NCBI RefSeq assembly: GCF_000253055.1
Contig: NC_016070.1
Location: forward strand, 1,290,001-1,322,000
Length of the DNA stretch: 32,000 bases
Direction of reading: 5' to 3'
DNA from: Thermoproteus tenax Kra 1
GTDB taxonomy: Archaea; Thermoproteota; Thermoprotei; Thermoproteales; Thermoproteaceae
Shown here: one piece after another, positions 8,772 through 18,234 of the stretch
Numbering within the stretch: position 1 is the first letter of the stretch
Layout of the letters: each line of letters starts with the position of its first letter
Translations under genes and position numbers: made by a program
The notes under the pieces: model-generated
What the model saw: only the letters and a program-made list of their open reading frames with translations
What the model was told of the DNA's origin: nothing
Databases searched by the model: none

Positions 8772-9218
8772 CTATAGGCTCATCAGAAGTCTCTTAAGCG
8801 TCTCCTCCTCCCTCTGCAACGCCTCAATTATCTGCCCGCTACCTCGCCTTATGGAGTCTAGGACCTCTGTCTGGCCTTTGGTGAGCGTCTCCAGGCTACG
8901 CGCGATGGAGTCGAGCGATTTGAGCACCGCCTGGAGCAACTCGACCTCTCTCTCAATGAGGCTGCCCAACCTCGCCATATCGCCTGCGACCTTGAGGCAT
9001 GCCTCGGCAAGCGACTTGTTGGCTACGCCTTGTTCCCTCACCTCGTTAGCCAGAGTTGCGAGCGACTGGGCCAACCTATCCAACGTCTGCACGAAGTCCG
9101 CAATGCCCAGTTTGGCTCTGGCAATATCGCGGAACTCCTGGTCCTCTTCGAGCAACCTTATGAGCTCCCTCTTGAGCATATGTTTCACTGAAGCCGCGTT
9201 TTTAATGTGGACTCCCAA
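8772..9218 (-). CDS. Coiled-coil hypothetical protein
   Basis: 148 aa, heptad-rich ELIRLLEEDQEFR...SIRRGSGQIIEALQREEETLKRLL. Confidence 0.65.
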   Translation of the reverse strand: MGVHIKNAASVKHMLKRELIRLLEEDQEFRDIARAKLGIADFVQTLDRLAQSLATLANEVREQGVANKSLAEACLKVAGDMARLGSLIEREVELLQAVLKSLDSIARSLETLTKGQTEVLDSIRRGSGQIIEALQREEETLKRLLMSL

Positions 9219-9302
9219 ATATTAAACTCAGATGGGTAGGGGCGCGCTCAGCGCTCGCTATTAGGACCACATCATCATTAATAAACACCATGGATACTCC
9301 GT

Positions 9303-9351
9303 GTGATGAAGATCACCGCTACTTATTAATGAAGAGGGTATGCAGCGCTGA
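9303..9351 (+). ncRNA. Weak candidate C/D box sRNA
   Basis: C box GTGATGA (9303-9309) and D box CTGA (9348-9351), with degenerate internal CTTA/TAATGAA; intergenic. Confidence 0.25.
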
Positions 9352-9711
9352 TTATTTCCTCTCGCCGATTTTGTCCAACTTCTCATAGATATCCAACAAC
9401 ATGGACATGGCTCTGAGCTTCTCGTAGAGCTCCTCGCCGTCAAGGTCCGATATAGCCTTGCCCAACGCCAGTATCTTGTTGAAGACTATCTGCCGCACCT
9501 CCCGCAGCGTGTAGGCCTCGGCCACCCTCTGCGCCTCCTCCTCGGATCTCACGACCACGACGGTCCTCTCGCAGTTTGCGCAGTAGTACTCGCCAGTCTT
9601 CAACCTGACCAATACTGTGCCGCACACTGGACATGTGTAGGACGTCAGCGCAGCGCCGGCCCTCACTAGCTCGGCTATCCTCTTGACTACGAGGTCCCTC
9701 TTCTGGCTCAT
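9352..9711 (-). CDS. UPF0148 / Sjogren's-scleroderma autoantigen p27-type zinc-ribbon protein
   Basis: YTCPVCGTVLVRLKTGEYYCANC zinc ribbon followed by a helical tail. Confidence 0.75.
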   Translation of the reverse strand: MSQKRDLVVKRIAELVRAGAALTSYTCPVCGTVLVRLKTGEYYCANCERTVVVVRSEEEAQRVAEAYTLREVRQIVFNKILALGKAISDLDGEELYEKLRAMSMLLDIYEKLDKIGERK

Positions 9712-9739
9712 ACATTTTATCCAATATCAATGCGTATAT

Positions 9740-10438
9740 ATGCTACTAAAGGAGGCCTTGGCCCTATCGATAGGGGGCGACTTAAGGCATCTCAGGCAGG
9801 TCGCCGCACAGTTATCCTATCTGGGAGCCTCCGTGAGGCTCGAGGGGCCTTTAAGGTGGGGCCCCGCCCTACTTCTCGGCAAAGGCAACAACAGCGTAAT
9901 AGTCTTGTGCGAGGTCGCAGGCTCGATATACGCCTGCAAGATAAGGCGCGGCGATGCGCAGAGGCCCAGTCTGATACACGAGGCCCGCCTTCTGAGAATG
10001 GCGAATGAGGTCGGCGTTGGTCCCAGACTCTACGCGTTCACGAGGGACGTGCTCGTAATGGAGTACATCAGAGGCGTCCCTATGGCGTCTTGGTGGAGGG
10101 AGGCCGACGCGAATCTCAAAGCTGAGGCCGCAGTAGCTCTGCTTCGCCAGGCCAGAGCTCTGGATAAGATAGGGCTCTCCCACAACGAGCTTGCCAGACC
10201 CGGCGAACACGTCCTAATGGCCGGCGGCGCTCCGGTCATCATAGATTTTGAGTCTGCAACTCTGGGCAAGGCGAGGAACGTGTTGCAAGTCCTCAACTTG
10301 CTGAGGACTTTAGGCGTAGAAACCCCATTAGAGTTAGCCAGGAGATACTCAAGAGAACAGAGCGATGAGGCCTTTAACGATATAGTTCACTTCTTGCTCA
10401 ACTCCTGGAAGAGCTTCCAGAGCCTATCACCGAGGTAG
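9740..10438 (+). CDS. Atypical serine/threonine (RIO-like) protein kinase
   Basis: Nucleotide-loop-like LGKGNNSVIVLCEVAGSIYACKIRR, hinge LVMEYIRGVPM, catalytic loop LSHNELARPGEHVLM, metal motif VIIDFESA. The start is placed at the internal Met rather than at 9683. Confidence 0.75.
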   Translation: MLLKEALALSIGGDLRHLRQVAAQLSYLGASVRLEGPLRWGPALLLGKGNNSVIVLCEVAGSIYACKIRRGDAQRPSLIHEARLLRMANEVGVGPRLYAFTRDVLVMEYIRGVPMASWWREADANLKAEAAVALLRQARALDKIGLSHNELARPGEHVLMAGGAPVIIDFESATLGKARNVLQVLNLLRTLGVETPLELARRYSREQSDEAFNDIVHFLLNSWKSFQSLSPR

Positions 10439-10893
10439 TGGACATTATATATCACCTTGCCCTTCTCCATGGCCTCGACCTCACTGCGGGAGTAGAGCCA
10501 AAGGCCCACTGCGATTATCCTCCTCTTCTCGTCGGCCACTTGAGCCACATCTCCCTTGTTGAAGTCGCCTAGGATCTGTTTTATACCTGGCCTCATTACG
10601 TCGGCCCCGTTCAGAATATGTTTGACGGCGCCCGTGTCGACTATGGCCATAGGATATATAGCGGATGCCCTCTGCGCGTGTTTGCTTTTGTTCAAAAGAT
10701 ATATCGTGGGCAGAACCACTTCTCCGAAGTGCTGAACTTGGGCCTTGATCAAAGCGGGCTCTGAATCAACTATGTACAAAACGCGGCCGCCCTCGAGCTC
10801 GACTACCTCTACTAGCTCGGCCTCCCTCAGGATATCTCCGACCTTTCCCAACGCGGCGGCTAGCTCCTTAACTTCCTTCTTGCTGAGCGCAAC
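10387..10893 (-). CDS. PUA-domain RNA-binding protein (MCT-1-like)
   Basis: PTIYLLNKSKHAQRASAIYPMAIVDTGAVKHILNGADVMRPGIKQILGDFNKGDVAQVADEKRRIIAVG; the start is likely the GTG of VALSKKEVKEL. Confidence 0.75.
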   Translation of the reverse strand, partial: VALSKKEVKELAAALGKVGDILREAELVEVVELEGGRVLYIVDSEPALIKAQVQHFGEVVLPTIYLLNKSKHAQRASAIYPMAIVDTGAVKHILNGADVMRPGIKQILGDFNKGDVAQVADEKRRIIAVGLWLYSRSEVEAMEKGKVIYNVHYLGDRLWKLFQELSKK

Positions 10894-11060
10894 GCGCCTC
10901 ACGGTCTCAAGGAGTTGGATATTAAAAATTAAAACGGATGATACGGTGGGCCTTAAGGCGATCATGGTCCCCCAAAGGGCGAGGCTTTCGGTTTTAACGA
11001 GGGGCGGATCGATCGTGTCGTGAAGATACAGTCGGGTTGCCCTATAATACTGAGAGATAT

Positions 11061-11109
11061 TCAGCGCGTGAATGGATCATCACCGTCAGGCTTGCCGGGT
11101 ATTCATCAG
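11061..11109 (-). ncRNA. Double-guide C/D box sRNA (boxes only; transcript extends a few nt each side)
   Basis: Minus strand: C CTGATGA, 13-nt guide ATACCCGGCAAGC, D' CTGA, 2-nt spacer, C' GTGATGA, 12-nt guide TCCATTCACGCG, D CTGA; intergenic. Confidence 0.88.
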
Positions 11110-11235
11110 CTCATCCCTATCCCCTCATATCATTGAGACTGTACAACGCGCCCGGCCCACTAGCGTCTGCGACCACGTTACAGCTATGTAGTTTCGTCTC
11201 AAAGCTTTTTATACTTAATATGACACTTATAGAGA

Positions 11236-11988
11236 GTGGAGAATAAGTTGCTTAATGCTACTCTCAATATAGTGAGGCAACACGGAGATAGTCTCTTCCT
11301 TGACGTCTCGAGACCCTACGCTTACACTATGTTGATCGACTACGACAGAAGGAAAATATTGCTGAAAGTTGTCACTGACGCAGACGATATGCCTACGAGC
11401 GCGTTGCGCGATATAAAGCTTCTCTCGGAGTTCTTAAGCATACCGGTACTGGGCATTGTGGCTATGGCGAGGGGGGAGGTCTTGGAAGAGGGCGTTGTGT
11501 ACAAGAGGGATAATGTCAATTTCATATCGCTGGCCACGCTAGCGAGGGCCTTCAGAGGGGAGCTACCGGTTTTTGTACAAATAAAGGGGAGGAGGTACGC
11601 ATTTGTTGACGGACAGAGGCTCAGAGAGGCTCGCGAGAGGGAGGGGCTCAGCCTCGGAGCCGTATCCGAGATGCTGTCGGTCAGCAGAGAGACCGTGTAT
11701 AGGTATGAAAGAGAGGAACTGAATCTATCAGAGGCGGCGGCCAGAGCGTTAGCCAGACGGTTCGGGCCCGATGTGCTGAAGAGGATCGATATATTCTCCT
11801 CTATCAAGGCGGACCCCATAGATAAGGCAAGTAGAGCCATAGACGCCAAGACCTACCGGCTTGAGCTGTCGCATCCCAACGGCATAGCGTATGAGGACAG
11901 GCCCCTCTTTATCCTAAAGGACGAGGACAAACGTGAAAAGACAGAGGAGCTGGCGGGCCATCTAGGCGTCGAAGTCGTAAGAGGGTGA
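11236..11988 (+). CDS. Archaeal HTH-type transcriptional regulator
   Basis: HTH LREAREREGLSLGAVSEMLSVSRETVYRYEREELNLSEAAARALARRFG with a conserved N-terminal domain. Confidence 0.85.
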   Translation: MENKLLNATLNIVRQHGDSLFLDVSRPYAYTMLIDYDRRKILLKVVTDADDMPTSALRDIKLLSEFLSIPVLGIVAMARGEVLEEGVVYKRDNVNFISLATLARAFRGELPVFVQIKGRRYAFVDGQRLREAREREGLSLGAVSEMLSVSRETVYRYEREELNLSEAAARALARRFGPDVLKRIDIFSSIKADPIDKASRAIDAKTYRLELSHPNGIAYEDRPLFILKDEDKREKTEELAGHLGVEVVRG

Positions 11989-13082
11989 GCCTGGTTCTCC
12001 TCAGAGAGGGGAGGGCTGAGTTCTGGGCACCTGATCCGGCCAAGTACAACGATCCGGCAAGAGCCCCCGTCTTCTATAACAGATACATGGCGAGGAACCG
12101 CACAATATCTACGTTGGTGCTTTCAGCGTTCTCGGAACTCAAGGGGGGTCCGCTGGTCGTGTGTGAGCCTCTAAGCGCCACTGGGATCAGAGGGATTAGA
12201 TATGCCTTGGAGACAAAAGCTGTGGAACGGCTAATCTTAAATGATATATCGAGCCAAGCGGTCGATCTGATAAAAAAGAACCTAGAGTTAAACGGGCTCT
12301 CGGCCGAGGTCTACAACGAGGATGCAAATATACTTCTGAGGAGGCTTGGGAGACAGTGCGATGTCGTCGATCTAGATCCATTCGGCTCGCCGGCGCCTTT
12401 TATGGAGTCCGCCTTTCAGGCCATCAGAGATGGAGGAATGTTGTGCGCCACCGCCACAGATACGGCGGTGCTCGTAGGAAACTATAAAGATAAGGCTCTG
12501 AGGCGCTATGGCGTCAGGCTATTTAAGACGCCATTCTACGTAGAGGTGGGTCTCAGAGCCTTGTTGGGGTATATAGCGAGAGTGGCGGCGGCCAACGACT
12601 TCGCTATAGAGCCGTTGATTGCCTACTGGGAGAGACACTACTTTAGAGTATGCGTAGCCGTAAGAGAGGGGGCGAGGGAGGCGTCAGATGTACTGAGGAG
12701 GGGTCTGGCGTACATCGTTTACCTCGGCGGAATAAGACGCGTCGCGAGGCGTGAGACGGCGCACTCCCTGGGCCCACTGTGGGTGGGCCCACTGGGCGAG
12801 CCAGATCTGGTGGCTAGGCTGCCGAGGCCGCAAGAGGATCGGTCCGCCGTAGAGCTGTTGAACACTCTAACGGCTGAGTATACCACAGTGAGCCCCTGGT
12901 ATTACCTGTCGCAGGAATTCGGCGATCTAAAGATGGAGGTTCGGGAGCTAATAGATCTATTGTTGAGCAACGGGGTGTATGCAACGCCGACCCACATGGC
13001 GCCCTACGGCTTCAAGGCCGATGCGCCCTACGGTGAATTGTATTTAATACTATCGCGGGACATCGGACGATGGCAGCTGTAG
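11985..13082 (+). CDS. trm1: tRNA (guanine26-N2)-dimethyltransferase
   Basis: PLSATGIRGIRYA, LDPFGSPAPFMESAFQAI, CATATDTAVL, FYVEVGLRALLGYIARVAA. Confidence 0.93.
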   Translation: MSLVLLREGRAEFWAPDPAKYNDPARAPVFYNRYMARNRTISTLVLSAFSELKGGPLVVCEPLSATGIRGIRYALETKAVERLILNDISSQAVDLIKKNLELNGLSAEVYNEDANILLRRLGRQCDVVDLDPFGSPAPFMESAFQAIRDGGMLCATATDTAVLVGNYKDKALRRYGVRLFKTPFYVEVGLRALLGYIARVAAANDFAIEPLIAYWERHYFRVCVAVREGAREASDVLRRGLAYIVYLGGIRRVARRETAHSLGPLWVGPLGEPDLVARLPRPQEDRSAVELLNTLTAEYTTVSPWYYLSQEFGDLKMEVRELIDLLLSNGVYATPTHMAPYGFKADAPYGELYLILSRDIGRWQL

Positions 13083-13585
13083 GGATAGCGGGTCTGCCGG
13101 GAAGCGGCAAGACGCTCATTACGTCCCTCTTCGTAAAACGTGGATTTAAGTCTCTCACGATGGGCGACGTCATTAGAAAGTATGCCGAGACCAGAGGAAT
13201 AACGCCGGATGAGGCTGCGGTCTTGATAAGACTTGAGAGAGGCATGAGGGCCGTCGTATCTAGCTTGGGGATAACGCGGGGACACGACAAAGTAGTAATC
13301 GACGGACTCAGAAGCTTGGAGGAGGCTGAGGCCCTCGAAGAGATGTTCGGCAGATTTTATCTCGTCTACGTAGTAGCCTCTCGCAGGACTCGGCTGAAGA
13401 GACTACAAGCTCGCGGCAGATCCGACGATCCGGCCTCTCTCGCCGAGTTCGCCATGAGGGAATACAGAGAGCTCAAATTCGGCGTCGCGTCCCTTCTCTC
13501 TAGAGCCGACTTCATAATAGTCAACGAGGACAAAAGCATTGAAGAGCTTGAGTCAGAGATTGATGCGATCGTAAGGACGCTATGA
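13070..13585 (+). CDS. UPF0200 family P-loop kinase-like protein
   Basis: Walker A GIAGLPGSGKT, SLTMGDVIRKYAETRGITP, DGLRSLEEAE. Confidence 0.85.
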   Translation: MAAVGIAGLPGSGKTLITSLFVKRGFKSLTMGDVIRKYAETRGITPDEAAVLIRLERGMRAVVSSLGITRGHDKVVIDGLRSLEEAEALEEMFGRFYLVYVVASRRTRLKRLQARGRSDDPASLAEFAMREYRELKFGVASLLSRADFIIVNEDKSIEELESEIDAIVRTL

Positions 13586-14013
13586 GGGTGGAGGCCATAG
13601 TTGAAGTCAGACCCACCGAGGATCGCGATAAGGTGAAGAGGGCTCTGCTCAATGTTTTCGAGCCCGAGACGCTCGAGCTAAAAAAGGAGGGCGAGGCCGA
13701 GCTCCTCATAGGGAGAGCATCGAGCTATAAGTCGTTGTTGAAGTTGAAGGAGGCCATATGGAGACAGGGAATACAAGATGCGGCGCGCTCCGTATTGTCT
13801 CGCTCAATAGTCGGCGAGGGTCGGCTTGTCTTTCACTTGAACAAACAAGCGGCGTATGTGGGAGTTGTATCCTTTGCGACAGAGCCCAGCGAATCGCCAT
13901 TGGGACCTATCGTCTTCATCGTCGAGACGTCTGACGTCAGACGCTTCCTGGATTGGATAGCGCCCAGAACATATAAAGGCCGCGTATACTACGAGGGGCC
14001 TCCCCCCGACTGA
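13582..14013 (+). CDS. UPF0201 family protein
   Basis: VEAIVEVRPTEDRDKVKRALLNVFEPE...LHFNKQAAYVGVVSF...ESPLGPIVF; overlaps the UPF0200 gene. Confidence 0.8.
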   Translation: MRVEAIVEVRPTEDRDKVKRALLNVFEPETLELKKEGEAELLIGRASSYKSLLKLKEAIWRQGIQDAARSVLSRSIVGEGRLVFHLNKQAAYVGVVSFATEPSESPLGPIVFIVETSDVRRFLDWIAPRTYKGRVYYEGPPPD

Positions 14014-14672
14014 GGCACTATCGCGATAGCTCTGTACAGTCCTCCGTGTACATACATCAGACAGCTAGGCACATAAGGCACATCGAAATATATGGGGAGC
14101 GCCACAACAACGTAGCCGCGCACGAGTTCTGAGAGCTGCTCCAAGACTGTGTATAACAGCTTCTTTATCTCAACTTCAGCGATAGACATACGGCCGTATG
14201 GAGCATCCCCCACGGCTGCGTCGAAGGCCCTCCTCAGCGGCGGCAACCGGGCGTCCGCCTGGATCAGATCGGCGGAGGTATTTTTGGTAGCCAGCCTCAA
14301 GCTCCTCAAGTCTATATCAAGTCCGACCACGTAGGCGCCTAGCCTCTCGGCCTCATGCGCTATAGCGCCGGTGCCGACGAAGGGCTCCAATACGCGCTTG
14401 AGCGGCCCGACTCTAGCTATATTCACTAACGCGCGCGCTATCAGTGAGTCCATCGTGATAGTGCCTCTGGCTGGGAGCGTGGCACGGGCCATCCTTTTGA
14501 CCTCTAGCGGGTGTGCCAATGCTACTCTGCCCAACTCGTCGCACGAGCGACATGAGAGGACGTAGGTCTCCCCATCCTCTATTATGTCGCATCCGATACT
14601 CTCGGACAACGCCTTTATCTCTTGGGCCGATAGACAGGGATACCGTTTATTTAACGATAGATGGCAGAGCAC
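13989..14672 (-). CDS. Trm11/TrmG10-like tRNA guanosine methyltransferase
   Basis: LEPFVGTGAIAHEAERLGAYVVGLDID SAM motif and a GDAPYG motif (usual form DPPYG). Confidence 0.78.
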   Translation of the reverse strand: MLCHLSLNKRYPCLSAQEIKALSESIGCDIIEDGETYVLSCRSCDELGRVALAHPLEVKRMARATLPARGTITMDSLIARALVNIARVGPLKRVLEPFVGTGAIAHEAERLGAYVVGLDIDLRSLRLATKNTSADLIQADARLPPLRRAFDAAVGDAPYGRMSIAEVEIKKLLYTVLEQLSELVRGYVVVALPIYFDVPYVPSCLMYVHGGLYRAIAIVPQSGGGPS

Positions 14673-15690
14673 GCGAGAGGGCTACGGCGGCTATAATGCT
14701 CACTATGACCGCTATGGAGAACGCCAGAGTACTCTGAAGCAGATCCAAGACGTCAAGATGTCCAGCTACCATGTCCAACAGCTGTGGGATTATAAAGTAG
14801 AAGAACGAGAACACAAACGCCCCCAACACAACGACGCCTCTCTTTATTAGCCCATTTCTCAAGAAGCTCTCTACCGAATAGCTTGCTATAGGTACTACGA
14901 GCAATAGTGACGGTATCAGTTGGTTGAACTGGACTGAGAGGTTTGAGGGCAACCTAATGCCTATGACCGTCGAGAGAGCCAATACAAAGTATATGATAAC
15001 TATGAAGAGGCTCAACACGGAGACCGTGAAAGTGACTTCATATCTCCTCAATACATCTTTCAAGAAATCATATATACCAAATCCATATAATACCATTAAA
15101 AATAAAATGAATAAGACTCCTAAACCTAATATATAGTTTATTATACTTAAATTTATTAATATTGATAAAGCGTAGAGGAATAATAGAAATGAGGGGACTC
15201 CCACCGTATATTTCCTGTACTCGGGCTCCTTCACGGCTTTGGTCAAATAATACCTTATCAATGAGACGGTCTCCTCAACCGACCGCGACTGTTTGACCAC
15301 GACTCTCTCCACAGAGATCACGGGCCTCCTAGTCTGAACCGCCATTATGGCAGCCTCATCCGACGGACCGTCCGAGACGAAATACACTGCGTCTGCATCG
15401 AAAGACGCAAGAACTTGGTTCAGCTCCTCCAATACCGTTAAATTCGCCATTCTCTCGTCGGGCGACCCGCAGACCACTGCCACTTCCACGTTCTCTTTGC
15501 CCAATCTCTCAACAAGTCCGTCGTATATTTTCACTGCAGCGAACACCGCATTTGCGTCCGAGTCATCAGGCCGTCTGAGTATATACTGTATTCCCAACCT
15601 CAATACGTTGTCTCTGCCTATAACAGGCGTTGTAATGCCCTCCTGTTTTATGTCCCCATCGCGGTCGACGTATAATACGAGTACTCTCAC
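14647..15690 (-). CDS. DUF373 family membrane protein
   Basis: RVLVLYVDRDGDI...AVKIYDGL..VEVAVVCGSPDE...YFVSDGPSDEAAIMAVQTRRPVISVERVVVKQSRSVEET followed by several TM helices. Confidence 0.85.
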   Translation of the reverse strand: MRVLVLYVDRDGDIKQEGITTPVIGRDNVLRLGIQYILRRPDDSDANAVFAAVKIYDGLVERLGKENVEVAVVCGSPDERMANLTVLEELNQVLASFDADAVYFVSDGPSDEAAIMAVQTRRPVISVERVVVKQSRSVEETVSLIRYYLTKAVKEPEYRKYTVGVPSFLLFLYALSILINLSIINYILGLGVLFILFLMVLYGFGIYDFLKDVLRRYEVTFTVSVLSLFIVIIYFVLALSTVIGIRLPSNLSVQFNQLIPSLLLVVPIASYSVESFLRNGLIKRGVVVLGAFVFSFFYFIIPQLLDMVAGHLDVLDLLQSTLAFSIAVIVSIIAAVALSRALPSIVK

Positions 15691-16739
15691 TACTCTTCGG
15701 AGAGGTACCCGGCCTCTATCAAGATCTTTATCTCGTCGTGAGTTAGACGTTCGCCTCTGAGGAGCTTATTGTATATCTCATCGGCCTTCGCCCTCAAGCT
15801 CTCTCTGGCGTTGTTTTTGGCCTCGAGCGAGGCCTTGTATTTGTCTGAGAGGTCAGCTGCCTTTAACAATATGGTATACTTGTTGAGCTCTTCCCTCAGC
15901 TGGAAGATATGGCCTCTCAGCTCCTTCCTCTTGGCAGCGAGCTCTACAATGTTCTTCTTCAGCTCGTCCCTAGCCTGTTTGAGCTGCTCCCGCTTGTTCT
16001 TGAGATCCACCAGTTGTTTATACGTGCTCTCTCTTTCGGCCTTAAGCTTTACGATCTCCTCCTTAATGGAGCTAAGAGCCGCGACGAGGCTTGATATCTG
16101 GCTCCTCAGCTCCTCTTTTTTCTTCCTTATTTCATCTATTCTGTTCTTTATATCCTGAATGTGCGACCTCAACTTCTCCAGAGAGTCCGCTAGATTAAGC
16201 TCCTCCTCTATCTCCGATATCGTCTTGATAAACTGGCGCTCCCACTCTGGGTCCGTGGGCGTTGTCTCAAAGTAGTACTCAAGTTTCTCTATCAACATCT
16301 TCATCTTGTCTTTATCTATTGGCCGGCCGCCCACATACTCATTTATGGCGGCCAAGGCCCTTCTGTAGGCCTCGAGCTTCTCTCTGTACTTCTGCATCTC
16401 GGCGTTCAGCTCCAGTATCTGCGATTTGGATCTACGAATAGAGTCGATGATTTCTTGGCGCCTCGCTCTTAATTTATTCAGCTCCTCTCTGATCTTCATC
16501 AGTTTGGCCCTAGCGTTGTCTATCTGCGATCTTACATCTGCTAAGCTCCGCCTGATCTCCGACAGCTGGTTCTTCTTGTTGTCTATCTCAGTCGTTATTG
16601 ATGCTATCTGGCTCTCCAATTTATCAATAGACGAACTCAACTCGCGTATCTTATTGAGCACCTCGTCTCTATTGATCACGAGACGGAACAAGCCCTTATA
16701 TTTAGCTTTTCTCAATACTTCGGAGGGGGCGATGGCCAT
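15690..16739 (-). CDS. Long coiled-coil archaeal protein (COG1340-like)
   Basis: 349 aa, almost continuous coiled coil, adjacent to DUF373. Confidence 0.75.
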   Translation of the reverse strand: MAIAPSEVLRKAKYKGLFRLVINRDEVLNKIRELSSSIDKLESQIASITTEIDNKKNQLSEIRRSLADVRSQIDNARAKLMKIREELNKLRARRQEIIDSIRRSKSQILELNAEMQKYREKLEAYRRALAAINEYVGGRPIDKDKMKMLIEKLEYYFETTPTDPEWERQFIKTISEIEEELNLADSLEKLRSHIQDIKNRIDEIRKKKEELRSQISSLVAALSSIKEEIVKLKAERESTYKQLVDLKNKREQLKQARDELKKNIVELAAKRKELRGHIFQLREELNKYTILLKAADLSDKYKASLEAKNNARESLRAKADEIYNKLLRGERLTHDEIKILIEAGYLSEE

Positions 16740-16841
16740 GGAGGGCCAATTTATGAGGGCTGAGGCCGCGACCTTAGGACTCCTTATAAGACTCCTTTAT
16801 TAAAAAAGAAAATAATATATTCCTACAAATCTTTTTGTGCA

Positions 16842-17552
16842 ATGACTCAGCCCTATAAAGATGTGGCAATGTATATAGCTGGGGATATAATAATGTCAGA
16901 AAGCCCGGGGGAGGCCATAAAGAGGTGGAGACTCGTCTTCGGGCTTACTCAGACCGCATTGGCTGTCCGCCTAAACACATCCCCCAGTGTGATAAGCGAC
17001 TACGAGTCCGGCAGGAGGAAGTTCCCAGGCGCGCGCTTCGTCAAAAGGCTTGTCCAAGCGCTTATTGAGGCTGACCTAGAGCGAGGAGGGCCTATCGTGA
17101 ACTTGCTCATGAGGCAGATCTTGAGAGAGAAATATTGGACTGCCGTGATAGATATGAGGGACTTCACTTCACCCGTCCCTATGAGCGAGTTTTTAGACGC
17201 CATAGACGCCGAGATTTTGGTCGAGCCTTCCTCTATCGATATATACGGCTACACCTTAGTTGACAGCATAAAGCTGGTTCTCGATGTCCCCTCCAATGAG
17301 TACCTCAGGCTATACGGCACTACCTCGCAAAGGGCCGCTATATTCACCAAAGTGTCTACAGGCAGATCGCCCGTGATAGCAGTCAAGGCTATGTCGGCCG
17401 TAGTCAACCTCAAGCCGGCCGTATTGGTTCTCCACGGCGTCAAGGAAGTCGACAGCTTGGCCATAGAGATATGCAAAAGGGAGTATATCCCCCTCGCGGT
17501 CACAAACCTCGAGTTGGAGGCGTTAATAGAAAACCTCAGGAGATTCAAATAG
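16842..17552 (+). CDS. HTH (Xre-type) transcriptional regulator
   Basis: WRLVFGLTQTALAVRLNTSPSVISDYESGRRKFPGARFVKRLVQALIE. Confidence 0.85.
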   Translation: MTQPYKDVAMYIAGDIIMSESPGEAIKRWRLVFGLTQTALAVRLNTSPSVISDYESGRRKFPGARFVKRLVQALIEADLERGGPIVNLLMRQILREKYWTAVIDMRDFTSPVPMSEFLDAIDAEILVEPSSIDIYGYTLVDSIKLVLDVPSNEYLRLYGTTSQRAAIFTKVSTGRSPVIAVKAMSAVVNLKPAVLVLHGVKEVDSLAIEICKREYIPLAVTNLELEALIENLRRFK

Positions 17553-17555
17553 ACG

Positions 17556-18044
17556 CTACCTTTTTCGGAGAATCCTCTGTATCCTCTGCAGATTGCCTAA
17601 GCCCTTCGTGGCCTCGTGGCGCTTCTTCTGGGCTCTCTCTCTGGCCTTCTTCTTCCACTTGCGGGCATGCGTCTCCTTATATTTAACCGATACCAAGCCT
17701 CTGGCTCTTCTCCCAGCCGAGGTAAGGCCTCTGAAGGCGCGGCCTCTCTTGGGCTTTATTGATACAGATGTGGGCATCCTGGGCTCCGGTGGAGCGACCT
17801 CCCCTTTAGCTATCTTGCTCAACCACTCGCTTAGGTTCTTCACGTTTATCTCGTGTACTGACTTCCTGCGTTCATCGACGTAGATCCCCAAAAGCCTTGC
17901 CTCCTCGACAGTCAAGCCGACCTTTTTTATCTCTCCGATCGAGAAGCCTCTGGCCTCCCTCCATCTGACAACGCCTCCCTTCGCTATCCTCATCGGCTCT
18001 TTGACTAAAGGCTTCGGCGGCTCCTCAGTGGCGATGCCCATCAA
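17556..18044 (-). CDS. rpl13e: Ribosomal protein L13e with basic C-terminal extension
   Basis: ARGFSIGEIKKVGLTVEEARLLGIYVDERRKSVHEINVKNLSEWL, then a highly basic tail. Confidence 0.82.
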   Translation of the reverse strand: MMGIATEEPPKPLVKEPMRIAKGGVVRWREARGFSIGEIKKVGLTVEEARLLGIYVDERRKSVHEINVKNLSEWLSKIAKGEVAPPEPRMPTSVSIKPKRGRAFRGLTSAGRRARGLVSVKYKETHARKWKKKARERAQKKRHEATKGLGNLQRIQRILRKR

Positions 18045-18234
18045 GCACCCACTAGAAGCATTTTATAAAATTTATGAGCGCCTCTACGCCCCCTTCTATC
18101 CCCGGCTCTCCACAGCTCCGTTTTTACAATATCCTGAAGACCGACATATACATTGTATAAGTACAGGAATAGGATTTAGCAAGACAGAGGAAAAACGTAT
18201 ACCAACATGTGAGGGTTCATTAGGTATATACCTC

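Noticed and set aside
9683-9739. N-terminal extension of the kinase ORF
   Set aside because: It would overlap the divergent zinc-ribbon gene, and its residues do not look like a kinase N-terminus; the internal ATG at 9740 is preferred.
11037-11246. 69-aa ORF
   Set aside because: Overlaps the C/D box sRNA and the promoter region of the 11236 gene; no family resemblance.
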